Assembly: GCA_019058365.1 (NCBI GenBank)
Contig: JAHPZE010000008.1
Coordinates: 64,001 to 128,000 of the forward strand
Direction: 5' to 3'
DNA: 64,000 nt
Origin: Promethearchaeota archaeon
Lineage (GTDB): Archaea; Asgardarchaeota; Lokiarchaeia; Sigyniarchaeales; SOKP01
The notes beneath the pieces are model-generated. The model saw only the letters and a program-made list of their open reading frames with translations. It searched no databases and was not told the origin of the DNA. Positions 38,339 through 47,394 of this stretch are shown here, in pieces (the first letter of the stretch is position 1; each line of letters begins with the position of its first letter). The translations under genes and the position numbers were made by a program.

Positions 38339-40195
38339 TTAATCAATAAAAAGTGGAAGTGAGAAATAAAAAGTGCTTCCTTTATTTCTCCCTTTAGATT
38401 CCATCCAAATTTTCCCACCATGAGCTTCTACAATTCTTTTTGAAAGATATAATCCTAAACCAGTTCCATCAATTCCTAAATCAAGTCCTTGACCATATCG
38501 TTCAATTTTTCCAAATTGTTTGAATAACCTTGCTTTTTCTTCCTCTGTAAAACCAATTCCGTTATCTTTTATTGAAACAATTACATAATCTTCTAAAATT
38601 TCAGTTCTTATATCTATCCACCCTTTTTTTGGAGTAAATTTTATAGCATTTATGAGTAAATTCGAAATTACATCATGAATTTCTTCTTTTTCAAATTTAG
38701 ATATTATAGAATCGTGAATTTCAACATTAATTGAATGTTCTCTTTTCACAGCTAAAGGATGTAAATTCTCTACGCAGTAATTAATAAGAAACGATAAATC
38801 TTCTACTTCTAGTCTAGGCTTCAAATCTGGGGATTCTAATTTAGAAGTGTGTAAAAGATTATTAATTATAGCTTGCAATCGTTCACATCCTTTATCAATT
38901 TCTTCTAAATTTGAAATAATTTTAGGATTTAATTCTTTTGAATACAAGGTTAATATCAGATCCGTAAACCCTTTGATTGAAATCAATGGAGTCTTTAACT
39001 CATGAGAAGCTCTACTTAAAAATTCAGACTTTATTTTATTAATTTCTTTTAACTTTTGTTCCATTTGCTTAGACTCTGTAATATCTCGTACAATTGCCCA
39101 AATTCTATAAGGATCATCTTGTTCATCTGATAAAATCCAAAATCTAATACTAACTGGCAATAAACTACCATCTTTTTGTATATATTCTTTCTCATAGACT
39201 TTATTTTCACCAACTGCTAAGTGAGTAAATAATATCTCATCTTCGATTTCATACCATTTTGATGGCGTTATTTTGCGAATATTTAGAGTCAATAGTTCTT
39301 CCTTGGAATAACCAAGTATTTCTAGAAACGCTTTGTTAAATTCGATAAAATTTCCTTCCATATCTGTTGAATAAATACCGTCAGTACTAGATTCAAATAA
39401 AGTACGATATTTACTTTCAGATTCTTGTATTTTTTTTTCATTTTTCTTTCGCTCAGTGATATCTCTCGAAATCATTATAGCTCCTTTTATTTTTTTATCC
39501 TCTATTAAAAATCTTCCTTTTGTTTCCACCCAAATGTAATGGCCATCTTTATGTTTAATTCTAAATTCTTCCAGTAGCTCACCTTTAATCAATCCTTTTT
39601 TCATAACATTAGAGATTAGTTTAAGATCATTAGGATGGGCGAAATCTCTTGGCTTCCTTCCAATTACTTCTTCCTTTTTATAACCTAACACTGAGTAATA
39701 TGCGTTTTCATTGATGAATATATGTTCAAAATCTTGGTTTAAAATTGCTATTAAATCATTTGTATTATTCGCAATCAAGCTAAATTTTTCTTCGGTTTCT
39801 TTTAAATTTTGTTCTAGTATACATGTTTCAGTGACATTAGTCACAATTCCTTCTACAAACTCTTGGTCTCCTTCCTTAATTAGATGAGAATTTATTTGAA
39901 TATAAAGAAGCATACCATTTGGGTTCCATATCTTTACAATAAAATCTTTAACAGTTCCGTTCTTCTTTAATTCATTATAGTATTTTTGTTGAATTTCAGG
40001 ATCAGAAAAAAATTGAGATGCTAAAGATCCAGTTAATTCAATTGATGGATCCAATCCTAAGATTGTATTGAGAGCAATATTATGAATTAATAACTCTCCC
40101 ATTAATTCCTCTTTAAAATATCCAATATTTAAACTATTTATAAATTCTTTGAATTGTTTATTGGAAATGTTGCCTTCTTTATTTTTTATATCCAA
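38339..40195 (-). CDS. Multi-PAS sensor histidine kinase
   Basis: Three PAS/PAC repeats (RDITE), SHELKTPL, NLLINAIKF, DNGIG, GTGLGL. Confidence 0.95.
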   Translation of the reverse strand: MDIKNKEGNISNKQFKEFINSLNIGYFKEELMGELLIHNIALNTILGLDPSIELTGSLASQFFSDPEIQQKYYNELKKNGTVKDFIVKIWNPNGMLLYIQINSHLIKEGDQEFVEGIVTNVTETCILEQNLKETEEKFSLIANNTNDLIAILNQDFEHIFINENAYYSVLGYKKEEVIGRKPRDFAHPNDLKLISNVMKKGLIKGELLEEFRIKHKDGHYIWVETKGRFLIEDKKIKGAIMISRDITERKKNEKKIQESESKYRTLFESSTDGIYSTDMEGNFIEFNKAFLEILGYSKEELLTLNIRKITPSKWYEIEDEILFTHLAVGENKVYEKEYIQKDGSLLPVSIRFWILSDEQDDPYRIWAIVRDITESKQMEQKLKEINKIKSEFLSRASHELKTPLISIKGFTDLILTLYSKELNPKIISNLEEIDKGCERLQAIINNLLHTSKLESPDLKPRLEVEDLSFLINYCVENLHPLAVKREHSINVEIHDSIISKFEKEEIHDVISNLLINAIKFTPKKGWIDIRTEILEDYVIVSIKDNGIGFTEEEKARLFKQFGKIERYGQGLDLGIDGTGLGLYLSKRIVEAHGGKIWMESKGRNKGSTFYFSLPLFID

Positions 40196-40341
40196 AGATT
40201 ACCATCTTTTTTGATTTTAGAGAGATTATCCTTAGCGAGAATGCTATTTTAATGTAATTAATAATAAATAAATGCAATATTAGTTTTTTAATTTGCTAAT
40301 TTTAACATAGGTGTTTTAAAATATCAAAAATTTATATAAAT

Positions 40342-40911
40342 ATGAAAGAAATGCTTGAAAAGCTTTTATTAAAATTAAGAGATGCAAAGAAAATTGTTTT
40401 TATGGGTATAGGAGAAGAAAAACTAAGTGATGATGCTATAGGTCCTTATATAATTAGTGAACTTTTAAGTTATTCAAATGATAAATTTCTATTTATTAAT
40501 GCTGGAATTGATCCAATGGGTAGAATTGATGAAGTTATAGATTTCCAAGCATCCCATCTAATTCTTTTAGACACTTGTACTTTAAACAAACCTCCTGGCA
40601 CTGTGGCTATATTTGAAAGAGAAAATTTTAAAGATTATGTTCCAATTTCAACTCATACTATACCAATTCATATTGTTGTTGACTTATTATTAGAAAAATT
40701 ACCCGATTTAACTGTTTTTATGATAGGAATCGTACCAGAGAGTCTTGAAGGTTTCTCTGAGCTAAATTTGTATAAAGAAGATAAAATTACACTTGAGGAG
40801 CGAAATGAAAATATCGATCTTCCCTTCTTTGAATTCAATCTTACATCTACGATTCAGAAAGCAGCAAATCAGATTATCAATATCTTAAAAGAAATTATGA
40901 AGCAAATATAA
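40342..40911 (+). CDS. hycI: Hydrogenase maturation protease (HycI-like)
   Basis: MGIGEEKLSDDAIG, ILLD, PPGTV, ISTHTIP. Confidence 0.82.
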   Translation: MKEMLEKLLLKLRDAKKIVFMGIGEEKLSDDAIGPYIISELLSYSNDKFLFINAGIDPMGRIDEVIDFQASHLILLDTCTLNKPPGTVAIFERENFKDYVPISTHTIPIHIVVDLLLEKLPDLTVFMIGIVPESLEGFSELNLYKEDKITLEERNENIDLPFFEFNLTSTIQKAANQIINILKEIMKQI

Positions 40912-40915
40912 AGCC

Positions 40916-41104
40916 TTAATCTTTCCCTTCTGAGATTTTTGAAATATAATTAGTGATTATTTCAATAGTCTTGGATAAATTTTCCTGATCTCCAGAATTT
41001 AAATCTTCTTTAATTCTTTCTAAAAAAGAAACAACATTATCTGCTTCTCTTAGGATCCTAATATAATCAGATCCCTTTTTATTTAACGATCCTCCCCAAG
41101 CCAT
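40916..41104 (-). CDS. Small hypothetical protein
   Basis: 62-aa amphipathic ORF with ATG. Confidence 0.55.
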   Translation of the reverse strand: MAWGGSLNKKGSDYIRILREADNVVSFLERIKEDLNSGDQENLSKTIEIITNYISKISEGKD

Positions 41105-41384
41105 TTCTCATTCAACAGTAAAATAAATTCATTATTAATTATATTATCAGAAAGCTTATGTTTAAAACTCATAGTTTTTCTAAGCAACGACAAAAATCTG
41201 CCCTATCTTCTGAGCAAATCAATAATATGCATTTTTAAATACTAGTTATGTGTAATTAATGCTAGAGGAAAAGACGTATAGAATTCTTTTTATTCAAAAA
41301 AAGTAGAAAAATAATTCGTTTCATAAGTCAGTGAAAAATTGAAGTTTAACGTTAACTAAAAATTATATTTGAAAGTTATTTGAC

Positions 41385-41810
41385 ATGATTCAGGAATTAA
41401 TGATTATTAATCAAGCAGGAATTGCTTTATTTTATCATAATTTCCTAAATAATGATAAACTTGAAGACGAACAAACCCTCGCAAGCTACTTTGATATTAT
41501 CTGCAAATTTACAAAACGAGAATTTAAAGAAAGCTTGAAATTCATAACGCTAGATCGTTCTATCTTTTTTTTCTACACTCACACATCTCAATATCATCTT
41601 GTACTTAAATGCGATAATGAAAATATTCATAAAAAACAGTTAGAAAAGTTTTCTGAAACGATACTTGAAAAATTCTTGAAAAATTATGAAGACATTCTAA
41701 AAGATTTTACAGGGGAGGTGTCGCATTTTAAATCTTTTTCTAAAGAAATTATGAATATATTAGTTTCAAAATTTGAAAAATTTAAAGATTTATTAATTAT
41801 AGAAAGATAA
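41385..41810 (+). CDS. Longin-like domain protein
   Basis: MIQELMIINQAGIALFYH longin beta-hairpin, LASYFDII..F helix, F...Y...L..FTGEVSHFKSF tail. Confidence 0.75.
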   Translation: MIQELMIINQAGIALFYHNFLNNDKLEDEQTLASYFDIICKFTKREFKESLKFITLDRSIFFFYTHTSQYHLVLKCDNENIHKKQLEKFSETILEKFLKNYEDILKDFTGEVSHFKSFSKEIMNILVSKFEKFKDLLIIER

Positions 41811-41988
41811 GTACACGAATCTTATAATTAGATGTGATTCTCTCAAGATCTTTTTTGATTTTTTTTATAACTCATTGAAAGGACCTTTTATAATAATGCT
41901 TAAAAATAAATTATAGCAAGAATTATTAAAATGAAAAGAAATCATATTTAAAAATTAATATTATTTAATTCAAAAAAAGTGAAATTTA

Positions 41989-43353
41989 ATGAGTTTAAAA
42001 CGATTTGGTGATAAAGTCCAAAAAATTTTAGATAAAAATTTTCATAAGATATTTAATAATTCCCATTTCTTATACACTATAATTTTCTTAGTATCCTCCT
42101 TATTAATTAGTCTTTTAAGTCTTATTCCAAACCAAATTGTTGGGAATTTAATATTATTTTTAGCCACAGTTTTGGCTATTACATTTATCCTATTAATGTT
42201 TGAAGGGTTAATTCCTCAATTAAACAAATATCTATTTGGCTCCGAAAAAAAATTTGATAAATGGAAGCTAATTTTTTTTATTATTAACTTTTTTATTAGT
42301 TTTTTTATAATACTCCCCTACTTTTTAATGGGGACGTCTACTAATTTAACAATTCAATTTCTTGGATGGGATGTGATTCTTCCAGCTCTTTTTATAGTTA
42401 TATATTTTGGATGGAATCTTGGTCAAATCTTTTTCTTAAGAAGAGGTTTTGATGATATTTCTGAAAAAATTGATGATAGAGTAATTGAAAAGTTTGGATC
42501 TTCGAAAAAAAAAGAATCAATCAATATTATTTTTCTGATTTTAGCCTTAATCGTACCCATTTTAATTGAATTTGGCACTTTTTTTGGATTTTTACCAGAA
42601 TATGCTCCAGGAGGAGATAGAACATTATTCATTGGATGCAGTTTAGTTATACTTCTACTCTTAATTATTACATCTTGGCGTTTAATTACATTATATCAGA
42701 GAAGTAGAAAAAATAATTCTACTACTTCATTTTCTTCTATGTTCTACATTTTGATATGGATTCTACTCTGGTTTAGATCTTTTAGCTTCTTCAACGCATT
42801 ATTGAATGTAACTCAAGCATCTACAACACCTGATATTACTTCAGGACTAATTGATATTTTACTCCTGGTTTTTACTGCAATAATGGTTCTAAGGGGTTTA
42901 GGCCAAAAAGTCTATGATTCTTTCTTATTTAATTCAAACAATATGCCCTTTTTCCTCTTCGCTTTTACTGTTTTATATATTGAGGGGCAAATTATAATGA
43001 TTACAGGTGCAGGAACTTTGACAGGAATTTTCGCTAATAGAAATCAGATTAATTTAGTTAACAATTTCTTGAATATAATCCTAATAGTGATTTTTTATTG
43101 GTGGTACTCTGAACATTCTTTAGAGAGGAAAGGATTTCTCATTAAAAAACAGTTTTATCCAGAAGAAGTAGCAGGAATATTAGATGATTTTAAAGAATTT
43201 TTGGTGAATAATAACGCTTTAGTTCCCGATAAAATTGGAGATGAAAAAATGGAAGAATTCCTTCATTTGAAAAATATAGAAATTGAGAAACCAGAACCAC
43301 CAGAAGAAAAACCTGAAATTGAAACAGAAAATAATCTAGTTAGTGATAAATAA
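41989..43353 (+). CDS. Multi-pass membrane protein of unknown function
   Basis: ~10 hydrophobic segments, acidic soluble tail. Confidence 0.75.
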   Translation: MSLKRFGDKVQKILDKNFHKIFNNSHFLYTIIFLVSSLLISLLSLIPNQIVGNLILFLATVLAITFILLMFEGLIPQLNKYLFGSEKKFDKWKLIFFIINFFISFFIILPYFLMGTSTNLTIQFLGWDVILPALFIVIYFGWNLGQIFFLRRGFDDISEKIDDRVIEKFGSSKKKESINIIFLILALIVPILIEFGTFFGFLPEYAPGGDRTLFIGCSLVILLLLIITSWRLITLYQRSRKNNSTTSFSSMFYILIWILLWFRSFSFFNALLNVTQASTTPDITSGLIDILLLVFTAIMVLRGLGQKVYDSFLFNSNNMPFFLFAFTVLYIEGQIIMITGAGTLTGIFANRNQINLVNNFLNIILIVIFYWWYSEHSLERKGFLIKKQFYPEEVAGILDDFKEFLVNNNALVPDKIGDEKMEEFLHLKNIEIEKPEPPEEKPEIETENNLVSDK

Positions 43354-43417
43354 ACATTTTAAACTTCCGAACTAGATATTATAAGCCTTTTCTTAAAATA
43401 TAAAAAAAAATAAAAAA

Positions 43418-43447
43418 AAGAGAAAAGAAAGCCGGCTTTTTTCTCTT
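43418..43447. terminator. Inverted repeat between convergent genes
   Basis: AAGAGAAAAGAAAGCC/GGCTTTTTTCTCTT flanked by A/T tracts. Confidence 0.4.
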
Positions 43448-43487
43448 AATAACCCCGTGATAAATACATTAACTATATACGATTTAT

Positions 43488-43742
43488 TTAAATTCCACCA
43501 GCTTGAGTAGCCATAACAGTAATTACATCTTTTTTTGGATGAATTCCTATCTTTGCGAATTTTAGCTGGTCAGGGAGTACTTTCCCTTTAAAAATGAATT
43601 GTATGGCTAAAATTGGATTTAATTTATACTCTTGCTGTACAGTTTTTTTAATTTCTGCAATTGAACTATTTGGATCTAGTTCTATCAATTTAATAGCTTG
43701 ATCTGGAGGAACTCCCGTAAGTCTGAAACGATATTGAGTAAT
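43488..43742 (-). CDS. Ubiquitin-like protein ending GG-I; probable ATT start
   Basis: TQYRFRLTG...IKLIELDPNSSIAEIKKTV...IQFIFKGKVLPD...IGI...VITVMATQAGGI; beta-grasp pattern like ubiquitin QRLIFAGKQLED; GGGTGTGA SD upstream of ATT 43742. Confidence 0.85.
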   Translation of the reverse strand: MTQYRFRLTGVPPDQAIKLIELDPNSSIAEIKKTVQQEYKLNPILAIQFIFKGKVLPDQLKFAKIGIHPKKDVITVMATQAGGI

Positions 43743-43898
43743 TGTTAATCACACCCTTTTTATTATTTTTAAATTGATTTGAATTAGATATTAATTATAC
43801 AACTAATAAAATAAGGATTATCGTTTAATTTTCCGAACTTCAGTTTAAATAATACACTTTTAGCTCTTAATCTACTCTAAACAATTTTAGAAGATAAG

Positions 43899-44096
43899 TT
43901 AAAATCGAAAAGGTTCTGGAGGGGGTCCTGGTGGTCCTGGTGGTCCTGGAGGATGTATAGGGCCTGGTTTTGGTAATGGGGGTGATGGAAACCTGCCTAT
44001 TCTGTTTTCTAAACTTGAAATCCTTTGTTCAATTTTATCTAACCTTTCTTCAATGGTTTTTATCCTATTTAATATATTGGGGTTTTCTATTGTCAT
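43899..44096 (-). CDS. Small coiled-coil + polyproline/GPP-repeat protein
   Basis: IEERLDKIEQRISSLENRI then PSPPLPKPGPIHPPGPPGPPGPPPEP. Confidence 0.7.
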   Translation of the reverse strand: MTIENPNILNRIKTIEERLDKIEQRISSLENRIGRFPSPPLPKPGPIHPPGPPGPPGPPPEPFRF

Positions 44097-44287
44097 TTGC
44101 TTATAATATTTTAATTATATTTTAATAATTTTCCAAGTTCTAACATTAAATTTCTAATTTTTAAAATTTTACTTTATATTATTCTTAATATATACTAAAT
44201 TTACATATATTTGTTTTTTCAACCTTTTTTAGTCTAAGTCCAGAAAAAAAGTATAAATTTTTATATTTTTATTTATACATTCTTATT

Positions 44288-45394
44288 ATGGAAACCTGGA
44301 ATATATCCAAAAAGTTAAAGATTGAATTATTAAAAAAATCTGGCAACATCGAAGATAATAGTAGGAGAATATTATTTATTCTTAGAAATTTAGGTCCACA
44401 AAGATTTACAAATTTAGTGAAATATTCAAATTTAAGTAGATCAACCGTTTCTAAATATCTTACTTTTCATAGAAAAAATAAAAACATAGAGCAACGGTTA
44501 ATTACCGATAAGGTAACAAACAAGCAATACAGAAGTTATGTAATTACTGATAAAGGAATAGAAAAACTAGGGGAAGCACCCTTAAAATTAAAAGATGAAA
44601 TATTTATTGTGAATGAATTAAAAGAAAACGTCAAGAAACTTGAGGATTTAATAAATTTCTATAAAAAAATAAGCGTAGAAGATCCATTTATAATACATAT
44701 TGTAAGAATTGTATCGAAAATTGGAGATAATTTTTTTGAATTACAGCAGGATAAGGATTTATATTTATCACTATTTTATATATTTTATAACTCAATTCTG
44801 GGCCAAGGTGCATTAGCTAGAAAGTATTGGCATTTAGATGAGAAAAATACTCAAAAATTTGCAGGATATAAAATTGACTTGGAACAATTCTGCATAATTC
44901 ATAAAGTTTCAGAAGAAGCAATTAATTATCTTGCTAGAGTAAAACTAGTAAAAAATGAATTTGGTTTTTACTTAATTAAACGTGAACAAGATGATTTTTT
45001 CTTTCATGAAGAGGATTTACTGGGAACTACAACAATTAGACTCATAAAAGATAAACTAATAGATGAAATTATTAATCTACAAGAAGGAATATATGATATG
45101 ATATATGATCTTGACATTATGGCTGAAGAAATTGCTAATCAGTTAAAAGAAATGGGGCTAATATGGGAAGCAATTCAAGAACAATTTCAATTATTAGTAT
45201 TAAATCTGATAATTAAGAATGCTATAGAAATGGGTTTTTTAGACATAGAAAGAGAGAAATTAATGGAAGGTGTTGCAAAATCAAAAAAATTATCTATGTC
45301 AATAGAGGGTAAAACATTACAGGAAGCAATTTTAAATAGTTCAAAGTTAGAATTAAATTTTAATATACTTACGTTAGCAACCAGAAATGAATAA
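44288..45394 (+). CDS. Winged-HTH (MarR/ArsR-like) DNA-binding protein with helical C-terminal domain
   Basis: RFTNLVKYSNLSRSTVSKYL...YVITDKG. Confidence 0.7.
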   Translation: METWNISKKLKIELLKKSGNIEDNSRRILFILRNLGPQRFTNLVKYSNLSRSTVSKYLTFHRKNKNIEQRLITDKVTNKQYRSYVITDKGIEKLGEAPLKLKDEIFIVNELKENVKKLEDLINFYKKISVEDPFIIHIVRIVSKIGDNFFELQQDKDLYLSLFYIFYNSILGQGALARKYWHLDEKNTQKFAGYKIDLEQFCIIHKVSEEAINYLARVKLVKNEFGFYLIKREQDDFFFHEEDLLGTTTIRLIKDKLIDEIINLQEGIYDMIYDLDIMAEEIANQLKEMGLIWEAIQEQFQLLVLNLIIKNAIEMGFLDIEREKLMEGVAKSKKLSMSIEGKTLQEAILNSSKLELNFNILTLATRNE

Positions 45395-45458
45395 AATTCT
45401 GATATTTTATATATGTTTAACTCATGAAAATTACTCAATATTCTTCTTTTTAAACTTA

Positions 45459-46403
45459 TTAAGAAAATTCAAGCATCTTCTCAATTGGTTTAATCGCTTT
45501 ATTCGCGATTTCAGGAGGGACTTTAACCTCAAATGCTTTATCGTCCAGATTTTCTAAAAGATATTTAATTAATTCAAGATTATGTTTTTTCATATTATAA
45601 CATACTAATTTTTCTTTTGCTAAGTTAAAGTTTTTGTCTGGAAAATCCTGAATTAAACGTTCTAAAAGCCCAACTTCCGTTCCTATTATAAATTCATTTA
45701 TTTTTGCAGAATTTTCCTTAACATAATTATACATTCGGGTAGTAGACCCTACGTAATCTGATAAGTCTCTAACTTGCCTAATACACTCAGGATGAACTAT
45801 AAGTTTTGCTTTAGGATATTTCTCTTTCACAGCCTTAATATCTTCTATAGTTATTTGTGAGTGAACATAACAATGACCTTCATCTGGCATTTTTATAGTT
45901 TTTATCTTAGAGATTTGTTCAGCATAATCTGCTAGGTTTGCATCTGGACCAAATAAAACAGAATTCACATCAAACTCGTGGCTAATCTTTTCAACAATTT
46001 TAACAGCATTAGCAGATGTGCAACATATATCTGCTTCAGCTTTTACAGCTGCAGTTGAATTTACATACACAATCGTAGGCAAACTTGGATGTATTTCTTT
46101 AAATTGCCTCACCATTTCGGGAGTAAGGAAAGCAGCCATAGGACAACAAGATTCTGGATTAGGGATTAGTACATGTTTATTGGGATTAAGTATTGAGGCT
46201 GTTTCTGCCATAAAATCGACTCCCGCAAAAATTATATATTCTGAGTTTACTTTTTCTTTTGCTGTACGTGATAATCCGAGAGAATCCCCTAAAAAATCAG
46301 CAATTTCTTGTATTTCAATTGGTTGATAATAATGTGCTAAAATTACCACATCATTTTTTTTCTTTAAGGTGAGTATTTCTTCCTGTAATTGTTTTGTAGT
46401 CAT
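45459..46403 (-). CDS. nadA: Quinolinate synthase
   Basis: ILAHYYQ, GDSLGL, FMAETA, CPMA, YVNS, CYVH, VHPEC, GST, CYNMK. Confidence 0.97.
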   Translation of the reverse strand: MTTKQLQEEILTLKKKNDVVILAHYYQPIEIQEIADFLGDSLGLSRTAKEKVNSEYIIFAGVDFMAETASILNPNKHVLIPNPESCCPMAAFLTPEMVRQFKEIHPSLPTIVYVNSTAAVKAEADICCTSANAVKIVEKISHEFDVNSVLFGPDANLADYAEQISKIKTIKMPDEGHCYVHSQITIEDIKAVKEKYPKAKLIVHPECIRQVRDLSDYVGSTTRMYNYVKENSAKINEFIIGTEVGLLERLIQDFPDKNFNLAKEKLVCYNMKKHNLELIKYLLENLDDKAFEVKVPPEIANKAIKPIEKMLEFS

Positions 46404-46524
46404 ATTATTATTAAATTATTTTCAAATATTCTAATATTTATAAAAAATTTAAATTAAAATAAGTTCTCTTGTAATAAAAAATAACACTAAAGAGAATAAT
46501 AAAGAAAAGAAAAAAAATAACTTG

Positions 46525-47394
46525 TTATATATTAAAGATTTCTCTAAATCTATTTTGATCTACAATATTTGCTGCTAAAATATTACTCATTGAATTAATA
46601 CCTGTTTTATGCCCTTCTTTGTCAAATCCCGCACAGAAATCACCGCAGACATAAACATTCTTAAATTTATGGATAATCATTAGTTCAAATGTTAAAAGAA
46701 ATACTTTTACATTAGTTATAACTCCAAAAACTCCTATTTTTACTTCTTTATGAGAGCTCCCTGCATTTTTAATAATTGTTTCTATTACTGATTCGAGATC
46801 TGTCTCGTCAAATGAACTAAGACTATTTGAATTTATTATCACGTTAAAATCATGATGTTCTTGAATTAATTCATTCAATGGTGATATAAATTTCGCTCCA
46901 TAAGTACCTTTTATGCAGTGAGGCCCAAAAAGATCCATTTCTCCTTTTTGTGTTTCATCGGTCTGGTCATGCCAATCTCTTAAATGAATACATTGATACT
47001 CTACTCCACTAGTTTCATTTGAATTTGATTCAGATGCTTTATTCATTAAATCTCGTATAAATTGGGGTAATTTATCTCCATCCCATAATCTTCTAGATTC
47101 ATCATAATCAACATGAACTCTCTGTCTATAATATTCTAAAATATGATGGTAAGATAGAGGTGTCTCAATAGGCTCATTACTAACATTTTGCTTCAACCAT
47201 TGTATAAATTTGTCGAGGTTTGCTTCACTAGTATCTCTATTCTGATTTAAGAAATATTCCATCCACTTATTTGAGACTTGTTCATACCCTACTTTCAAAT
47301 CGTCATTTACAATTATGTTGTTATCTAACGGTTCAATAAAATCATTCTGAACTGAACAGGTTATGATAATATTTAATTTTTTATTTACTTCCAT
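46525..47394 (-). CDS. Isochorismatase/nicotinamidase-like protein with divergent catalytic residues
   Basis: SVQNDF, RDWH, PHCIKGTYGA, SSFDETDL, GVITNVKV. Confidence 0.75.
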   Translation of the reverse strand: MEVNKKLNIIITCSVQNDFIEPLDNNIIVNDDLKVGYEQVSNKWMEYFLNQNRDTSEANLDKFIQWLKQNVSNEPIETPLSYHHILEYYRQRVHVDYDESRRLWDGDKLPQFIRDLMNKASESNSNETSGVEYQCIHLRDWHDQTDETQKGEMDLFGPHCIKGTYGAKFISPLNELIQEHHDFNVIINSNSLSSFDETDLESVIETIIKNAGSSHKEVKIGVFGVITNVKVFLLTFELMIIHKFKNVYVCGDFCAGFDKEGHKTGINSMSNILAANIVDQNRFREIFNI

